Of a stretch of DNA of 53,116 nucleotides, positions 19,638 through 29,217 are shown piece after piece. The DNA is from a virus. Taxonomy: Duplodnaviria > Caudoviricetes. The notes beneath the pieces are model-generated. The model did not search any database and had not been told where the DNA came from. It worked only from the letters and a program-made list of their open reading frames with translations. The stretch lies in IMG/VR virus record IMGVR_UViG_3300048672_000900, positions 1 through 53,116 of that record; one strand, given 5' to 3'. Each line of letters opens with the position of its first letter. Within the stretch, counting starts at the first letter, position 1. Both the position numbers and the translations under genes were made by a program.

Positions 19638-20717
19638 TTGAGATGGGTGGTGAGGTGTTTGCTTGAAACACCTCACTAAACTTTATGCGCACTTTGACTG
19701 GCAACGCACAATCAGACCTTTCTTTTGATGTCCTCACGTCAGAGGTGTTGGTTTATCGAGCTGCGTTGGGTTTGACAGCTTGCTTATGAAAAGAGGTCAA
19801 GTGTTTGGTTTTTGCATGTGGGCTGCAAGCGGTCATATGCTTGTGGCTTTTTTGAAGCGACCTTTTATTTTTGGCCCGTGGTGTTTGGAGTCGTTTGTAC
19901 AGCAAGAGTCATGTCTTGTCTCTGTACAGATAAAACAAACGTCCAGTGCTAGCAGCTGTCGGAACTGATCGCCAATACCTTTGGATGGTCTTGAGCTAAA
20001 ATCAGTGAGAGTGCGTGTAACAGGTGGATTGAAAGAATGCCTCACCACCCATCTCAATTGTAGAGGTACCGGTTAATACACACCGCATCAAAAGCAAACC
20101 AAGAAGAGGTAAGAGTATTCATGAGCGCCTAGGCAAATGCGTGGGTGTCACTTGCAAGCGGTTGGTTCGCCTAAGAAGTTGTTTGGTCTGTGGTTGAACA
20201 TGAGTTGTGCACGTTAACAGCAAAAGAGTTAGCCAGATAACAGGTTTGAAAGAGGTATGGAAGTGCGGCAGCTGCATCCAGGGTTGGGATGCCCCTAAGC
20301 AGTTGCAAGCTTATATCCACCTTGACGGTAAGACCTTGGTGAATGTCTGGTGGTGACTTGTCTGACTCGCTCAAGCTGAAGTCGTTTTTGAAGTAGTCAC
20401 AGGGCTTGCCCTGGTCGGTCTGGTGGTAGCCGATGAAAGAGACTTACGGATAAGGCCATTGACGTTGGTAGTGGAGTCAGTTTTCAAATCCTGATGGGTT
20501 TGAAAGCGTGTGTTTCCCTGGTAGTAAATCACAAAAGACCAAGTGGCTTGGATGGCTTGTCATGCCGATCAGCTTGCAGTGGCCAAAAGAAGGGGTTGCG
20601 CTGTTTGCTTCTTTGGGCGCCTCATGGGCTCGAATAGTGCTTTTTGGTTTGTGCGGTGTGTATTTTTATTAGCAAAGGGCTGCTGGCTTTTCTTCGGAAA
20701 GGCTGGCGGCTTCTTTT
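19638..20717 (+). ncRNA. Candidate large (~1.1 kb) structured non-coding RNA with two rod-like domains
   Basis: No credible ORF; perfect 18-bp inverted repeat 19638-19655/20040-20057; second closing helix 20075-20088/20651-20664; many nested helices that pair only with G-U on the + strand. Confidence 0.7.
20674..20717 (+). terminator. Intrinsic terminator with cUUCGg tetraloop
   Basis: gggctgctggcttttc-TTCG-gaaaggctggcggctt followed by CTTTT and then ATGCCG. Confidence 0.75.
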
Positions 20718-20782
20718 ATGCCGTCCTCTTAAAAGACAAGCCTCAGTCATGGGATAGTTGCAACACTAAAGCAAAAAGACTC

Positions 20783-22927
20783 ATGACTGTTGTAGAAGAC
20801 ACCAATCCGTTTGTTCGTCCTGTCAAACAGTACAAGCGTAACTTCAGCCCTGTAAAACACATGGTGGAAGACGCTGCTCGATATTTGAGCATTATGACGG
20901 GAGATGACTATCAAAAGACTTATGCCTATGTTAAAGAAAACGTTTTAAACCCCAAGGGTAAGTTTGCTGTTAAAGATCCAGGCGTGTCCTATTTTCAACG
21001 CATGCCTAATGGGGATAGAGAGAAAAAACAAGCCCCTATTCTTGGGTTTATTAAGGAAGTCATTTCTTCCAATGAGATACTGTCGCCCAGCTGGGTCGGT
21101 TATGTTCACCCCAGCATAGAGCAGTCTATCATCTCTTTGGATACTGAAGAAAAGATACGGCTGCGCAGCGTGGCTAAGAAAGCAATGTTTGCTGCTGAGG
21201 GTCGAGACCCTTATGTCTATGCACTCAAAAAGATCGAGCAAGGTGCTCGCAAGACCAGTAACAACGCGTACTCGGGGGCTACGTGCACACCCAGTACACC
21301 TTTGTTTAATCGCAGCGCGCACACGTCTTTGACAAGTACGTGTCGCTCTACCAGTGCTTCTGGTAATGCCAATAACGAAAAACTGATCGCTGGTAATCGT
21401 CATTATCGCAATTACACGATCACTCTTAATAACATCATATCCATCATCAATCATACTGACTACGCTGAACTCCAGCAGGTGATTGACATCTACGGTATTC
21501 ACTTACCCAGTGTAGATGACATGATGGAATGTATCTTGTACAGCACTCGGTTATACTGGAGAAACTCTAAGTACGAAGCTAAGCTCAGAGATTTAGCTGA
21601 GCATATGACGCCTATACAACGCGCTGCGTTTGTGTACACGGGTGATTTATATCACATCAAGAAACACAACCAGTCTTTAATGCGAGACTTTATTGACAAG
21701 CTCTCGACTCAAGCCTGCGGTTTAACGGATGATCCGTGGCCTATTTTAAAGAAGGCTAACGACGAGTATGTAAATTTGAGCCATCAGATCTGTACAGAGA
21801 TCATGCGCGGCAACGCGAAAGATTACAACCTCATCACACATGAACAGCGTTGTATCGTTGCATCAACTCAGATCCATATTGCTAATACGGTTACAGAGTT
21901 TGGTCCGTTCATTAAAGTCTTCTTTAGAAGTGATAATGTTCCGGCCAGCGTCTCTTATTTCCCTGACAGTATCAGACGGGTTGCCGTCACCAGTGATACT
22001 GATTCGACCATCTTCACTGCCCAAGACTGGGTGATTTGGTTTATGGGCGATATTGACTTTAGCCCTAAAGGAATCTCTGTACAAGCTGCTATTACGTTTC
22101 TAGCGGCTAACACCATCATCCACGTCTTAGCCATGATGAGTGCTAACTTGAACGTGGAAGAAAAGAACATGTTCCGCATTGCCATGAAATCGGAATATCG
22201 TTTTGATGTGTTTGTACCCACTGAGATTGGTAAGACGTACTATGCCACCATTGGTTCTCAAGAAGGTAACATTAAAGCAGAGCCTGAGCGAGAGGTCAAG
22301 GGCGTGCAGCTCAAAAGCTCAAATGCACCTGAACAGCTCAACAAGCTAGCAGGTAAAATGATGAACGACATCATGGATACCGTGCTGGCAAAACAGAAGA
22401 TCAGTATCTTGAAAATACTGACTGAGATTGCTGATATAGAACGCATGGTGATGGCGTCTATCCGTCAAGGCGAGTCAACCTACCTGCGCCGAGGAGGGAT
22501 TAAGAGTCCTGAGAGCTACAGTGCGGGACCTGAAGAAAGTAACTACCAAAACCATACGCTTTGGGAAGCCATCTTCGCACCCAAGTACGGCCGCATCACA
22601 CCCCCACCTTATAACACGGCCAAGATCAGCTTAACCACGCTAGACCATAAACAACTGACTAAATGGATTGAAACGATGCCTGACCGTGAGCTGGCGCAAC
22701 GAGCAGCCGCTTACTTTGCACGCAAGGGGAAAACTGAGTTCACCACGTTTCATGCGCCCATTGAAGTACTTCGCAGTATTGGTGTGCCTGCAGAAATCGA
22801 AATGATCATTAACTACCGCAAGATCGTAGGGGAACTCATGAACTCGTTTAGGCTGGTGTTGGGTTCTTTGGGATTTGATATGTTCTGGAGCGGAGATAAT
22901 CCAGCCCTTATCTCAGATACGTACTGA
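20783..22927 (+). CDS. Family B DNA polymerase, polymerase-domain subunit (phiKZ gp50-like)
   Basis: K..NNAYSGA (motif B-like), SDTDSTIF (motif C), EVKGVQLKSS; the GTG start at 20543 runs through the terminator, so ATG 20783 was chosen. Confidence 0.88.
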   Translation: MTVVEDTNPFVRPVKQYKRNFSPVKHMVEDAARYLSIMTGDDYQKTYAYVKENVLNPKGKFAVKDPGVSYFQRMPNGDREKKQAPILGFIKEVISSNEILSPSWVGYVHPSIEQSIISLDTEEKIRLRSVAKKAMFAAEGRDPYVYALKKIEQGARKTSNNAYSGATCTPSTPLFNRSAHTSLTSTCRSTSASGNANNEKLIAGNRHYRNYTITLNNIISIINHTDYAELQQVIDIYGIHLPSVDDMMECILYSTRLYWRNSKYEAKLRDLAEHMTPIQRAAFVYTGDLYHIKKHNQSLMRDFIDKLSTQACGLTDDPWPILKKANDEYVNLSHQICTEIMRGNAKDYNLITHEQRCIVASTQIHIANTVTEFGPFIKVFFRSDNVPASVSYFPDSIRRVAVTSDTDSTIFTAQDWVIWFMGDIDFSPKGISVQAAITFLAANTIIHVLAMMSANLNVEEKNMFRIAMKSEYRFDVFVPTEIGKTYYATIGSQEGNIKAEPEREVKGVQLKSSNAPEQLNKLAGKMMNDIMDTVLAKQKISILKILTEIADIERMVMASIRQGESTYLRRGGIKSPESYSAGPEESNYQNHTLWEAIFAPKYGRITPPPYNTAKISLTTLDHKQLTKWIETMPDRELAQRAAAYFARKGKTEFTTFHAPIEVLRSIGVPAEIEMIINYRKIVGELMNSFRLVLGSLGFDMFWSGDNPALISDTY

Positions 22928-22936
22928 GGTTTAGAG

Positions 22937-22977
22937 CGGCATAATTGGCAGGCCTAGTAGCCTGCCTTTTTATGCCG
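22937..22977. repeat. GGCATA/GGCAGG palindromic element (copy 4), bidirectional terminator
   Basis: cggcataattggcagg-cctagtag-cctgcctttttatgccg; near reverse complement of copy 3; between convergent genes. Confidence 0.8.
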
Positions 22978-22982
22978 TACAT

Positions 22983-24095
22983 TCACGTCACTAAATCCTG
23001 ACCTGCGTTTGTCAAGATGTTATTCAGATAGACTTTTTCTTTATCGTAATCTGTACCTGTCAAAGTTTGTTTGATTTCATTCAAGCTATCGTACATTTTC
23101 AAACCGCGATGGGTTTGATTGATACTGACTTGGTTAGGTCTGCCTGGTTGACTATTTGCCACGTCAATCAAAAAGCTGTAGTACTTCAGACGTGCAAGAT
23201 GTAAAGCCCAATCGACTTGCCGTGTGGGCATGATGTCGGGCATCTGCAGTAGCCCCATGGCATCTGTTTTACGGATGTTCGGAATGTGGTGTAGGATGAC
23301 CTCAAAGCGGTTCTTACACTTGGTGATATTTTCTAAGACTTGGTCAATCAGCTTATCGGCGTAAGCCAGGGCTGTCTCATCAGGTCTTACCATGTGGTAA
23401 GTTTCTTGTTTTAAGTCAGCAACAGGAAAACCATAGAACCGGTTGATTAGCCTGTTGAGCATGGCTAGCTCAAATGTGCTCACCATCATGTTGGGTACAA
23501 CATACCTGGACAAGAAACAAGTCATGTCAGTATCTGTTTGAGATGCCTCTGCGGCTTGTTTAAACGCCCTGTACTGCACTGCAAGCATCGCGGGGCTCAC
23601 CAGTATCACACTGAGTCCTTTTTCTTCCCCGTAGTCTTGCCCATTCAAAATAGGCAAAGACAGATCCGTTTTAGGATGGATCAAAGGGACAATGGGGGTG
23701 ACTGACTTCCAGTTGTTATGAACGGCTTCTGCGTCAAAATAATCATTCGCAGCGATGTAGATTTCTGAATCTGTTTGAGAGAAGAAGCCGCCTTTAAACA
23801 CCATCCCTTTTTGTAAAGATGTGGTGATCTTCAAAAACCCACAGACGTGAATAGAGTCATCTGCTACCACAGACGCGTATCGTTCTATAGGGAGTTCTTG
23901 CGGGGTTTGCAGCGTCATCAGTAGTCTATTGACAATATGCTGGTGCCTTACAAAGTAAGGTGCCCTGTGACGAAAGTATTGCAAAGTTGGTTTAATGATC
24001 TGTTCTTTAAACACAGATTGAAAGTTCAGCCAAGAAGTAGGAGTGAGTACCCCTCCTCGGTAAAAGTCTGGTTGGGTAAACAGCTGGATGCCCAT
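22983..24095 (-). CDS. Conserved Chimalliviridae protein (phiKZ gp52-like)
   Basis: 370 aa, antisense between DNA polymerase and chimallin as in phiKZ; TRQVDWAL motif. Confidence 0.6.
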   Translation of the reverse strand: MGIQLFTQPDFYRGGVLTPTSWLNFQSVFKEQIIKPTLQYFRHRAPYFVRHQHIVNRLLMTLQTPQELPIERYASVVADDSIHVCGFLKITTSLQKGMVFKGGFFSQTDSEIYIAANDYFDAEAVHNNWKSVTPIVPLIHPKTDLSLPILNGQDYGEEKGLSVILVSPAMLAVQYRAFKQAAEASQTDTDMTCFLSRYVVPNMMVSTFELAMLNRLINRFYGFPVADLKQETYHMVRPDETALAYADKLIDQVLENITKCKNRFEVILHHIPNIRKTDAMGLLQMPDIMPTRQVDWALHLARLKYYSFLIDVANSQPGRPNQVSINQTHRGLKMYDSLNEIKQTLTGTDYDKEKVYLNNILTNAGQDLVT

Positions 24096-24529
24096 AGCGC
24101 CTTTTATAAATCTGATAAACTAAAAAGAATTTGACTACTCAAGTCATTGTTTTTTCATAAACTAATCAATGCTATGGAGATTGAAAACCAATGTCCTCTT
24201 TGAGCGCTATCAACGCTTGAAGAAACCAACTTCTTATGCCCGACTATTGTTGGGGCATATAAAAACAAGATTGCAAAATTGAGTAGTACCTTATTATCTT
24301 CTTGGACTACGACTGCTTTGCTAGTTCTTAAGTTTATTCCAGTGTCGACACTTATTGGAGTAGACGAAGAGAACAAAAGTTGTTGTGGTTCGTTAGCTCT
24401 CAAAGCGTGTCAGGTTAAAAAGTGGAAAAGTATACTTGAGCCACTTACTCTGATCACAGATGCACCTTTGAAAGCATACCACCATCCCTAGCATCTGTTG
24501 ACGTCAACAACTGTTTCAAGGAACCAACC

Positions 24530-26272
24530 ATGCAAACCATCCACCAAATGATCGGCCTCAGCGGCGCCATGCTGGGCGGCGGCACCTCGCTGCCCGCTCT
24601 GATTGAAAAGATCAAGGCCGCCGGCCTGACGAACGATTTTACGACGTTCGTCCCGCTGGACAACAACAGCAACTTCCCCGGCATTCACTTCAGTGGCATT
24701 GCCGTGGCGAACTTCAACGCCAGCCGCGACACCGCAGCGTACTACGTCTACCTGCTCGAAGACAGCAACCCGACGCCGCTGGAGCCCATCCGCACCTCGA
24801 TCGGCAATGAGCAAGTCGAGATCCCCCGCACCGCCGAGCAAGCCATCGACAGCCGTGCGATGGAACGCGCCAACCAGGCCGTGATCGACGCGCTGCCCAA
24901 GGGCGTCACCTGCATCGCCAGCGGCATGTCGGTCATCGGCACCTCCTTCAACGCCGGCGACCAGACGCAGCTGCGCTACTACGTCAACCTGGCGATGGTG
25001 CAGAACGGCATCGCCATGGTGCGCCTGACCGGCATCGAGCCCACCTTCAGCCTGACGCAAGTCAGGGACGCCAGCAAGGGTCTGGCCTGCAAGATCGAGA
25101 CGGTGAACAACCCGGTCATTCTTGCGGACGGCATCGTCATCGATGCCGGCCAGAAGGTGGTGGTTCGCACTCGCACGCCCAACGCCAAGGAAGGTACCAG
25201 CGCCAACAGCCTCGCGCTGAACTCGGCCGTCACCGACCAAGAACTGGTCACGGTCTACATCAAGACCGAACTGATCGAGGTCCAGCCGGTGCCGGAAATG
25301 GGCCCGATGGGCATGCCGGTGATGAGCAAGAAGTGCTGGGCGCCGCGCATCCACATCACCCACGTGGAATCGCGCACCCAGGCGGGCCTGAGCCTGATCT
25401 GGCTGGCGATCTACGGCGCCACAGAAGTCGCTCGTGACTACAACTGGGCGGTGCCGTTCCTGCCGGTGCGCGACGTGGGCAACACCATCAACCTGCGCGA
25501 GATCGCAGCGCTGAACCTGGTGGCCAAGTACTACGACGGCGGCCAGCTGTTCGACACGCGCTCGCCCAGCTTCACCCTGGCGGAGCTGAAGAACTATCTG
25601 GACGCGGTGATCCAGAACCAACCGCAGATCTGCATCGACGTCATCGGCGGCGTCACCGAGCACATGTGGCTGAGTGCGTTCACGTCGGCGGCCAACGGCA
25701 ACCCCGAAGGTGCTGACCTGACGCAGAAGTCGCTGGCGCAGTTCCTGGGCCATCGCCTGGTGACCAAGGAAAGCGGCCTGGACATGCCGACGGTGCTCGT
25801 CACCGGTAGCGTGGACACGGGCTCGGCCGAAGTGGCCTACTGCGGCGAGTACACCACCAACAGCAACCAGAAGCGCCCGATCACCGAGATCGACTTCTGC
25901 GCTGTGGCGGCGCTCACGAACGGTGATGCTGAAACGCTGCTGGCCTACCAGCAGACGACGATCGCTGCTTCTCACCTGCACGGCACTCAGCGCGCTCACC
26001 GGCGCTTCCGCCTGCATCAGCACCTGCTGCCCACGGCGGTGATCCGGCGCATCCTGCGCACGGTCATCATCCCTGGCGGCACCATCCAGGCCATGCGTGC
26101 GGCCATGGAGCAGATCTGCACCCTGCATCCGGTCGAGATCACCAATCCGCTGGTGAACTCGGTCCCGCAAGTGCAGATGTCGGCTGCGCTGATGCAGCAT
26201 GGTCTGAACCTGTCGACTCTGGGCAACCAGAACCGCGCAGGTGCAGCGTCCTACACCGGCGCCGTCCTGTAA
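24530..26272 (+). CDS. chmA: Chimallin, major phage nucleus shell protein (phiKZ gp54 / 201phi2-1 gp105-like)
   Basis: 580 aa, strongest G/C-ending codon bias in the window (high expression), AAGGA RBS; diagnostic position between the gp52-like gene and nvRNAP beta'; G.Y......RPI.EID-type motif. Confidence 0.75.
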   Translation: MQTIHQMIGLSGAMLGGGTSLPALIEKIKAAGLTNDFTTFVPLDNNSNFPGIHFSGIAVANFNASRDTAAYYVYLLEDSNPTPLEPIRTSIGNEQVEIPRTAEQAIDSRAMERANQAVIDALPKGVTCIASGMSVIGTSFNAGDQTQLRYYVNLAMVQNGIAMVRLTGIEPTFSLTQVRDASKGLACKIETVNNPVILADGIVIDAGQKVVVRTRTPNAKEGTSANSLALNSAVTDQELVTVYIKTELIEVQPVPEMGPMGMPVMSKKCWAPRIHITHVESRTQAGLSLIWLAIYGATEVARDYNWAVPFLPVRDVGNTINLREIAALNLVAKYYDGGQLFDTRSPSFTLAELKNYLDAVIQNQPQICIDVIGGVTEHMWLSAFTSAANGNPEGADLTQKSLAQFLGHRLVTKESGLDMPTVLVTGSVDTGSAEVAYCGEYTTNSNQKRPITEIDFCAVAALTNGDAETLLAYQQTTIAASHLHGTQRAHRRFRLHQHLLPTAVIRRILRTVIIPGGTIQAMRAAMEQICTLHPVEITNPLVNSVPQVQMSAALMQHGLNLSTLGNQNRAGAASYTGAVL

Positions 26273-26286
26273 GTAAGCAGCAAGGC

Positions 26287-26383
26287 ACTGCGTGATTCTT
26301 ACCCAGAGTCACGCAGTAGCCGTCAACTAAAGAAACTCATCTGCACTAGCTCACAAGGCTGGTGTGGGTGAGTTTTCTTTTTA
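26287..26383 (+). terminator. Tandem hairpins/terminator after chimallin
   Basis: actgcgtgattct/agagtcacgcagt, then gaaactcatctgcactagc/gctggtgtgggtgagtttt followed by a T tract. Confidence 0.7.
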
Positions 26384-26497
26384 TGCTGACCTCTTTCTTT
26401 TGTGAATACAAATATTCACAGACGTACATCATTATTCTGAGTATCCCCTCCTACCAAGATACTCTTTAGCTGTTAAAGACAAGGAGAAAAGAAGTCT

Positions 26498-28018
26498 ATG
26501 GGTGTCTATATGAAGATTCAGTCGCCAGCTCAAGCGCTGGCTGCACTGACCCACAAGCCTGTGATTCTGAACGACATGCCTGTCGTCACAGAACAAGATC
26601 GTGACATGATCAAGAAAGCCACCACGATGGTATTCAGTGGGGCCGATACGTTTTCAAACGTGCCGAGCTGTCAGTGCGGTAGCACGCGTGGCGGGCATTT
26701 GAAAGGGCATATCTGCAATCATTGTCATACGCCGGTGACTGACTCGTTTACAGATCGGTTGGATTACTTGGTGCTGATCAGGTCGCCTAAGGGTGTAGCG
26801 CCTTTGATTCTGCCAGGCGTGCTCTATATGCTGATGGACGCAACAACAGAAGACAGTTTCTGTTATGTGCGTTGGCTGATTGACTTGGGTTATAACCCCA
26901 CTAAAGCCAGTCACAACTATATTGTCAACGACTTGACCAACGCGTTGGAGAATCTTGGTATTGAACGCGGTTATAACCAGTTTGTCAACAACTTTGATGT
27001 GGTGATGGACATGGTGAGTCGCTACATTTACCAAAAGCGCGCAGGGGGTCGAAAAGAAATCAATCCTTCAGACGGTACGACTGCGCGTTTGATGGACATG
27101 ATGGAGCTGCTCAAGTATGAGCGCCAAAACATCTTCAGCGATTATTTGCCTTTGCCTAACCGCATTGCGTTGCTGATGGAACAAACCAGTAGCGGCACTT
27201 ACGTCGGCACATGTGCTTTTATGCTCAGTGACGTCATCAAGAGTTTCCAGGGTATTGATACGCCAATGCGTGAGATGCCTCAGAAAAAACGTGAGATGCG
27301 TACCGCCAATGCACTCATTACACTGGCCAACTACTACTTCGAAGAAGTGCGTAAGAACCACGGCAAAAAGCCAGGCACGCTTCGTCGGCATTTATACGGC
27401 ATGCGCTCCGACTACAGCATGCGCTGCGTCATTAGCTCTATTACTGAGCCACACAACTACGACGAGATTGAGCTGCCTTGGCGAGCAGCTGTCGCTACCT
27501 ACACCATCCATATCCTTAACAAGCTCCTCAAACGTGGCTACACGATCTATGACGGCTTAAAGGAAATCTACAAAGCCAGCTATGAGGTCACGCCTCTAGT
27601 CAGTGAAATTTTTGACGAGCTGCTTGCGCAATCGCCAAACGGCTTTTTGTATGTTTACTTCAATCGAAACCCAAGCCTCAAACGCGGCTCTTTGCAGCGC
27701 TTGAAAGTGCCCATTATTAAACGCGACATCAACGACGTCACCATTGGTTTATCTGGTCTGAACGTCACGTCGTTTAACGCAGACTTTGACGGCGACCAGA
27801 TGAACCTGTACTCGCCCACTGACAACTACATTGCTAACTCTCTAGCACGCCTAGACCCGCATCTGAACTTACCTAACGATGACAAGGTCTTGCAGTTTTC
27901 AGGCATGGCTAATTTGCCCAGACCTGCTTTGTGTGCAGCCTCAAGCTGGTACAGCGACCAAGAGGGCAGCGAAGCATCAATAGACAATAGTCAATTTGTA
28001 GCAACCTACTTACAATAA
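26498..28018 (+). CDS. Non-virion RNA polymerase beta' N-terminal/catalytic subunit (phiKZ gp55-like)
   Basis: Zn finger CQC..CNHC, K.G.LRRH, NRNPSL, catalytic FNADFDGDQMN. Confidence 0.92.
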   Translation: MGVYMKIQSPAQALAALTHKPVILNDMPVVTEQDRDMIKKATTMVFSGADTFSNVPSCQCGSTRGGHLKGHICNHCHTPVTDSFTDRLDYLVLIRSPKGVAPLILPGVLYMLMDATTEDSFCYVRWLIDLGYNPTKASHNYIVNDLTNALENLGIERGYNQFVNNFDVVMDMVSRYIYQKRAGGRKEINPSDGTTARLMDMMELLKYERQNIFSDYLPLPNRIALLMEQTSSGTYVGTCAFMLSDVIKSFQGIDTPMREMPQKKREMRTANALITLANYYFEEVRKNHGKKPGTLRRHLYGMRSDYSMRCVISSITEPHNYDEIELPWRAAVATYTIHILNKLLKRGYTIYDGLKEIYKASYEVTPLVSEIFDELLAQSPNGFLYVYFNRNPSLKRGSLQRLKVPIIKRDINDVTIGLSGLNVTSFNADFDGDQMNLYSPTDNYIANSLARLDPHLNLPNDDKVLQFSGMANLPRPALCAASSWYSDQEGSEASIDNSQFVATYLQ

Positions 28019-28040
28019 ACCTTGAGGAATTGCATCCCAC

Positions 28041-28664
28041 ATGCAACCATACTCTACCAGTGACGTTTTCTCAGCGTTACTGTTTCCCAACCAACACAGC
28101 AGTCGTACAGAATACTTGCAAACCCAACTGACGTCGCTGCAGCAAATGCCTGTGCATAACCAGATGCAGCAGCAGTGGATTCAGATGGCTCAGACTGATC
28201 TGCAACAAGCCCTCAGCTTTGACGCAGTCACAACCGCACGCGCCATTCGTGAAGAGTACGGTGTGTCTTCTGAGATTGCACTTTATATCCCTGTGGTACA
28301 CACCCTCGAAGACTTGCAGCAAGCCAACCCGTACATGCAGACGTTTATCATGGCGTTGCCTGAGCTGCGTGAGTATTACGCACAAGGGCGCGTGAGCGGC
28401 TATGAGGGTGTTTACGTCGATACGCAACCAGGTGTTATTGGCTGGAAGCACGAAGCCTTCCAAATCGCCACAGACGGCTTGTTACTTGAAGAACATGATT
28501 CAGGAGAGCTGGCCATTAACGAATACCACAACCTACTGGAAGAGCAACCTAAGCTAGACATCTTCCAGCAAGCCGATATTCAACACGCTTGGGATGTGAT
28601 GCGCGCTCATCTGGCATATGGTGAGGATGATCCTACCAGCGTTACTGGCGGTTTGATCAACTGA
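28041..28664 (+). CDS. Conserved protein (phiKZ gp59-like, possible import factor)
   Basis: LQQANPYMQ.FIMA.P and C-terminal DPTS motifs; synteny. Confidence 0.55.
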   Translation: MQPYSTSDVFSALLFPNQHSSRTEYLQTQLTSLQQMPVHNQMQQQWIQMAQTDLQQALSFDAVTTARAIREEYGVSSEIALYIPVVHTLEDLQQANPYMQTFIMALPELREYYAQGRVSGYEGVYVDTQPGVIGWKHEAFQIATDGLLLEEHDSGELAINEYHNLLEEQPKLDIFQQADIQHAWDVMRAHLAYGEDDPTSVTGGLIN

Positions 28665-28739
28665 TCTTTTAAGCAATGGCAGGAGTGCTGATACGGCACT
28701 CCTGCTTTACTTTTCTTTTTATGCCCTGGAGATTGTTTC

Positions 28740-29147
28740 ATGAAAAATGCTGTGCCTACGCTGTCTACGCAAGGTTGGGTGGTCGACCTTCCGACCCAGA
28801 TCAATACGCTTTTGGCGTACGCTTTGACGACTGATGACAAGCAGTCTTATTTATTCAAAGGTTCTTTGATCAGTGTGCCTCGCATCATGCAAAAAACTGG
28901 CATGGATGCGAGGTCTGCACGGGCTGCTTTAGAAACCAGTTTGAGCAGCTATTTACAAAAGTACTTTGACAATGTGTATTTGGTAGTCACTATTGTCAAT
29001 GAGGATACCGACTTGTCGTCGACAGCGACTCTTAAAGTTGATATCCAAGTTAACAACAATAACGATACAGATACACGCAGTTATGCAATCAACTTAAACG
29101 AAGGTCGTTTTGGTACGATCATGCGTTTGAACAACGACGGCGCTTAA
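28740..29147 (+). CDS. Conserved hypothetical protein (phiKZ gp61/62 region)
   Basis: 135 aa, GGAG RBS, VPTLSTQGWV N-terminus; synteny. Confidence 0.6.
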   Translation: MKNAVPTLSTQGWVVDLPTQINTLLAYALTTDDKQSYLFKGSLISVPRIMQKTGMDARSARAALETSLSSYLQKYFDNVYLVVTIVNEDTDLSSTATLKVDIQVNNNNDTDTRSYAINLNEGRFGTIMRLNNDGA

Positions 29148-29217
29148 CGTAAAAACATAAATAGCACAGATAATCTGTTATTATCTTCTACCACCAAGGC
29201 CCTTTGAGGAGTAAACT

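Noticed and set aside
19780-20374. Small ORFs (62-74 aa) within the ncRNA candidate
   Set aside because: Short, weak starts, no convincing RBS, on both strands; the base-pairing pattern explains the region better
19638-20717. Group I/II intron, tmRNA, RNase P or retron identity for the structured region
   Set aside because: It does not interrupt a gene; I found no ordered P7/J8-7 core, domain V, tRNA-like ends or GAGGAAAGUCC; no reverse transcriptase or homing endonuclease nearby
20543-20782. 80-aa N-terminal extension of the DNA polymerase
   Set aside because: Overlaps the structured RNA stalk and terminator, has odd C/W/F-rich composition and no RBS; ATG 20783 is more plausible
24488-26200. 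570-aa minus-strand ORF
   Set aside because: Antisense shadow of the codon-biased chimallin gene; no RBS and an unnatural R/H/G/D-rich composition
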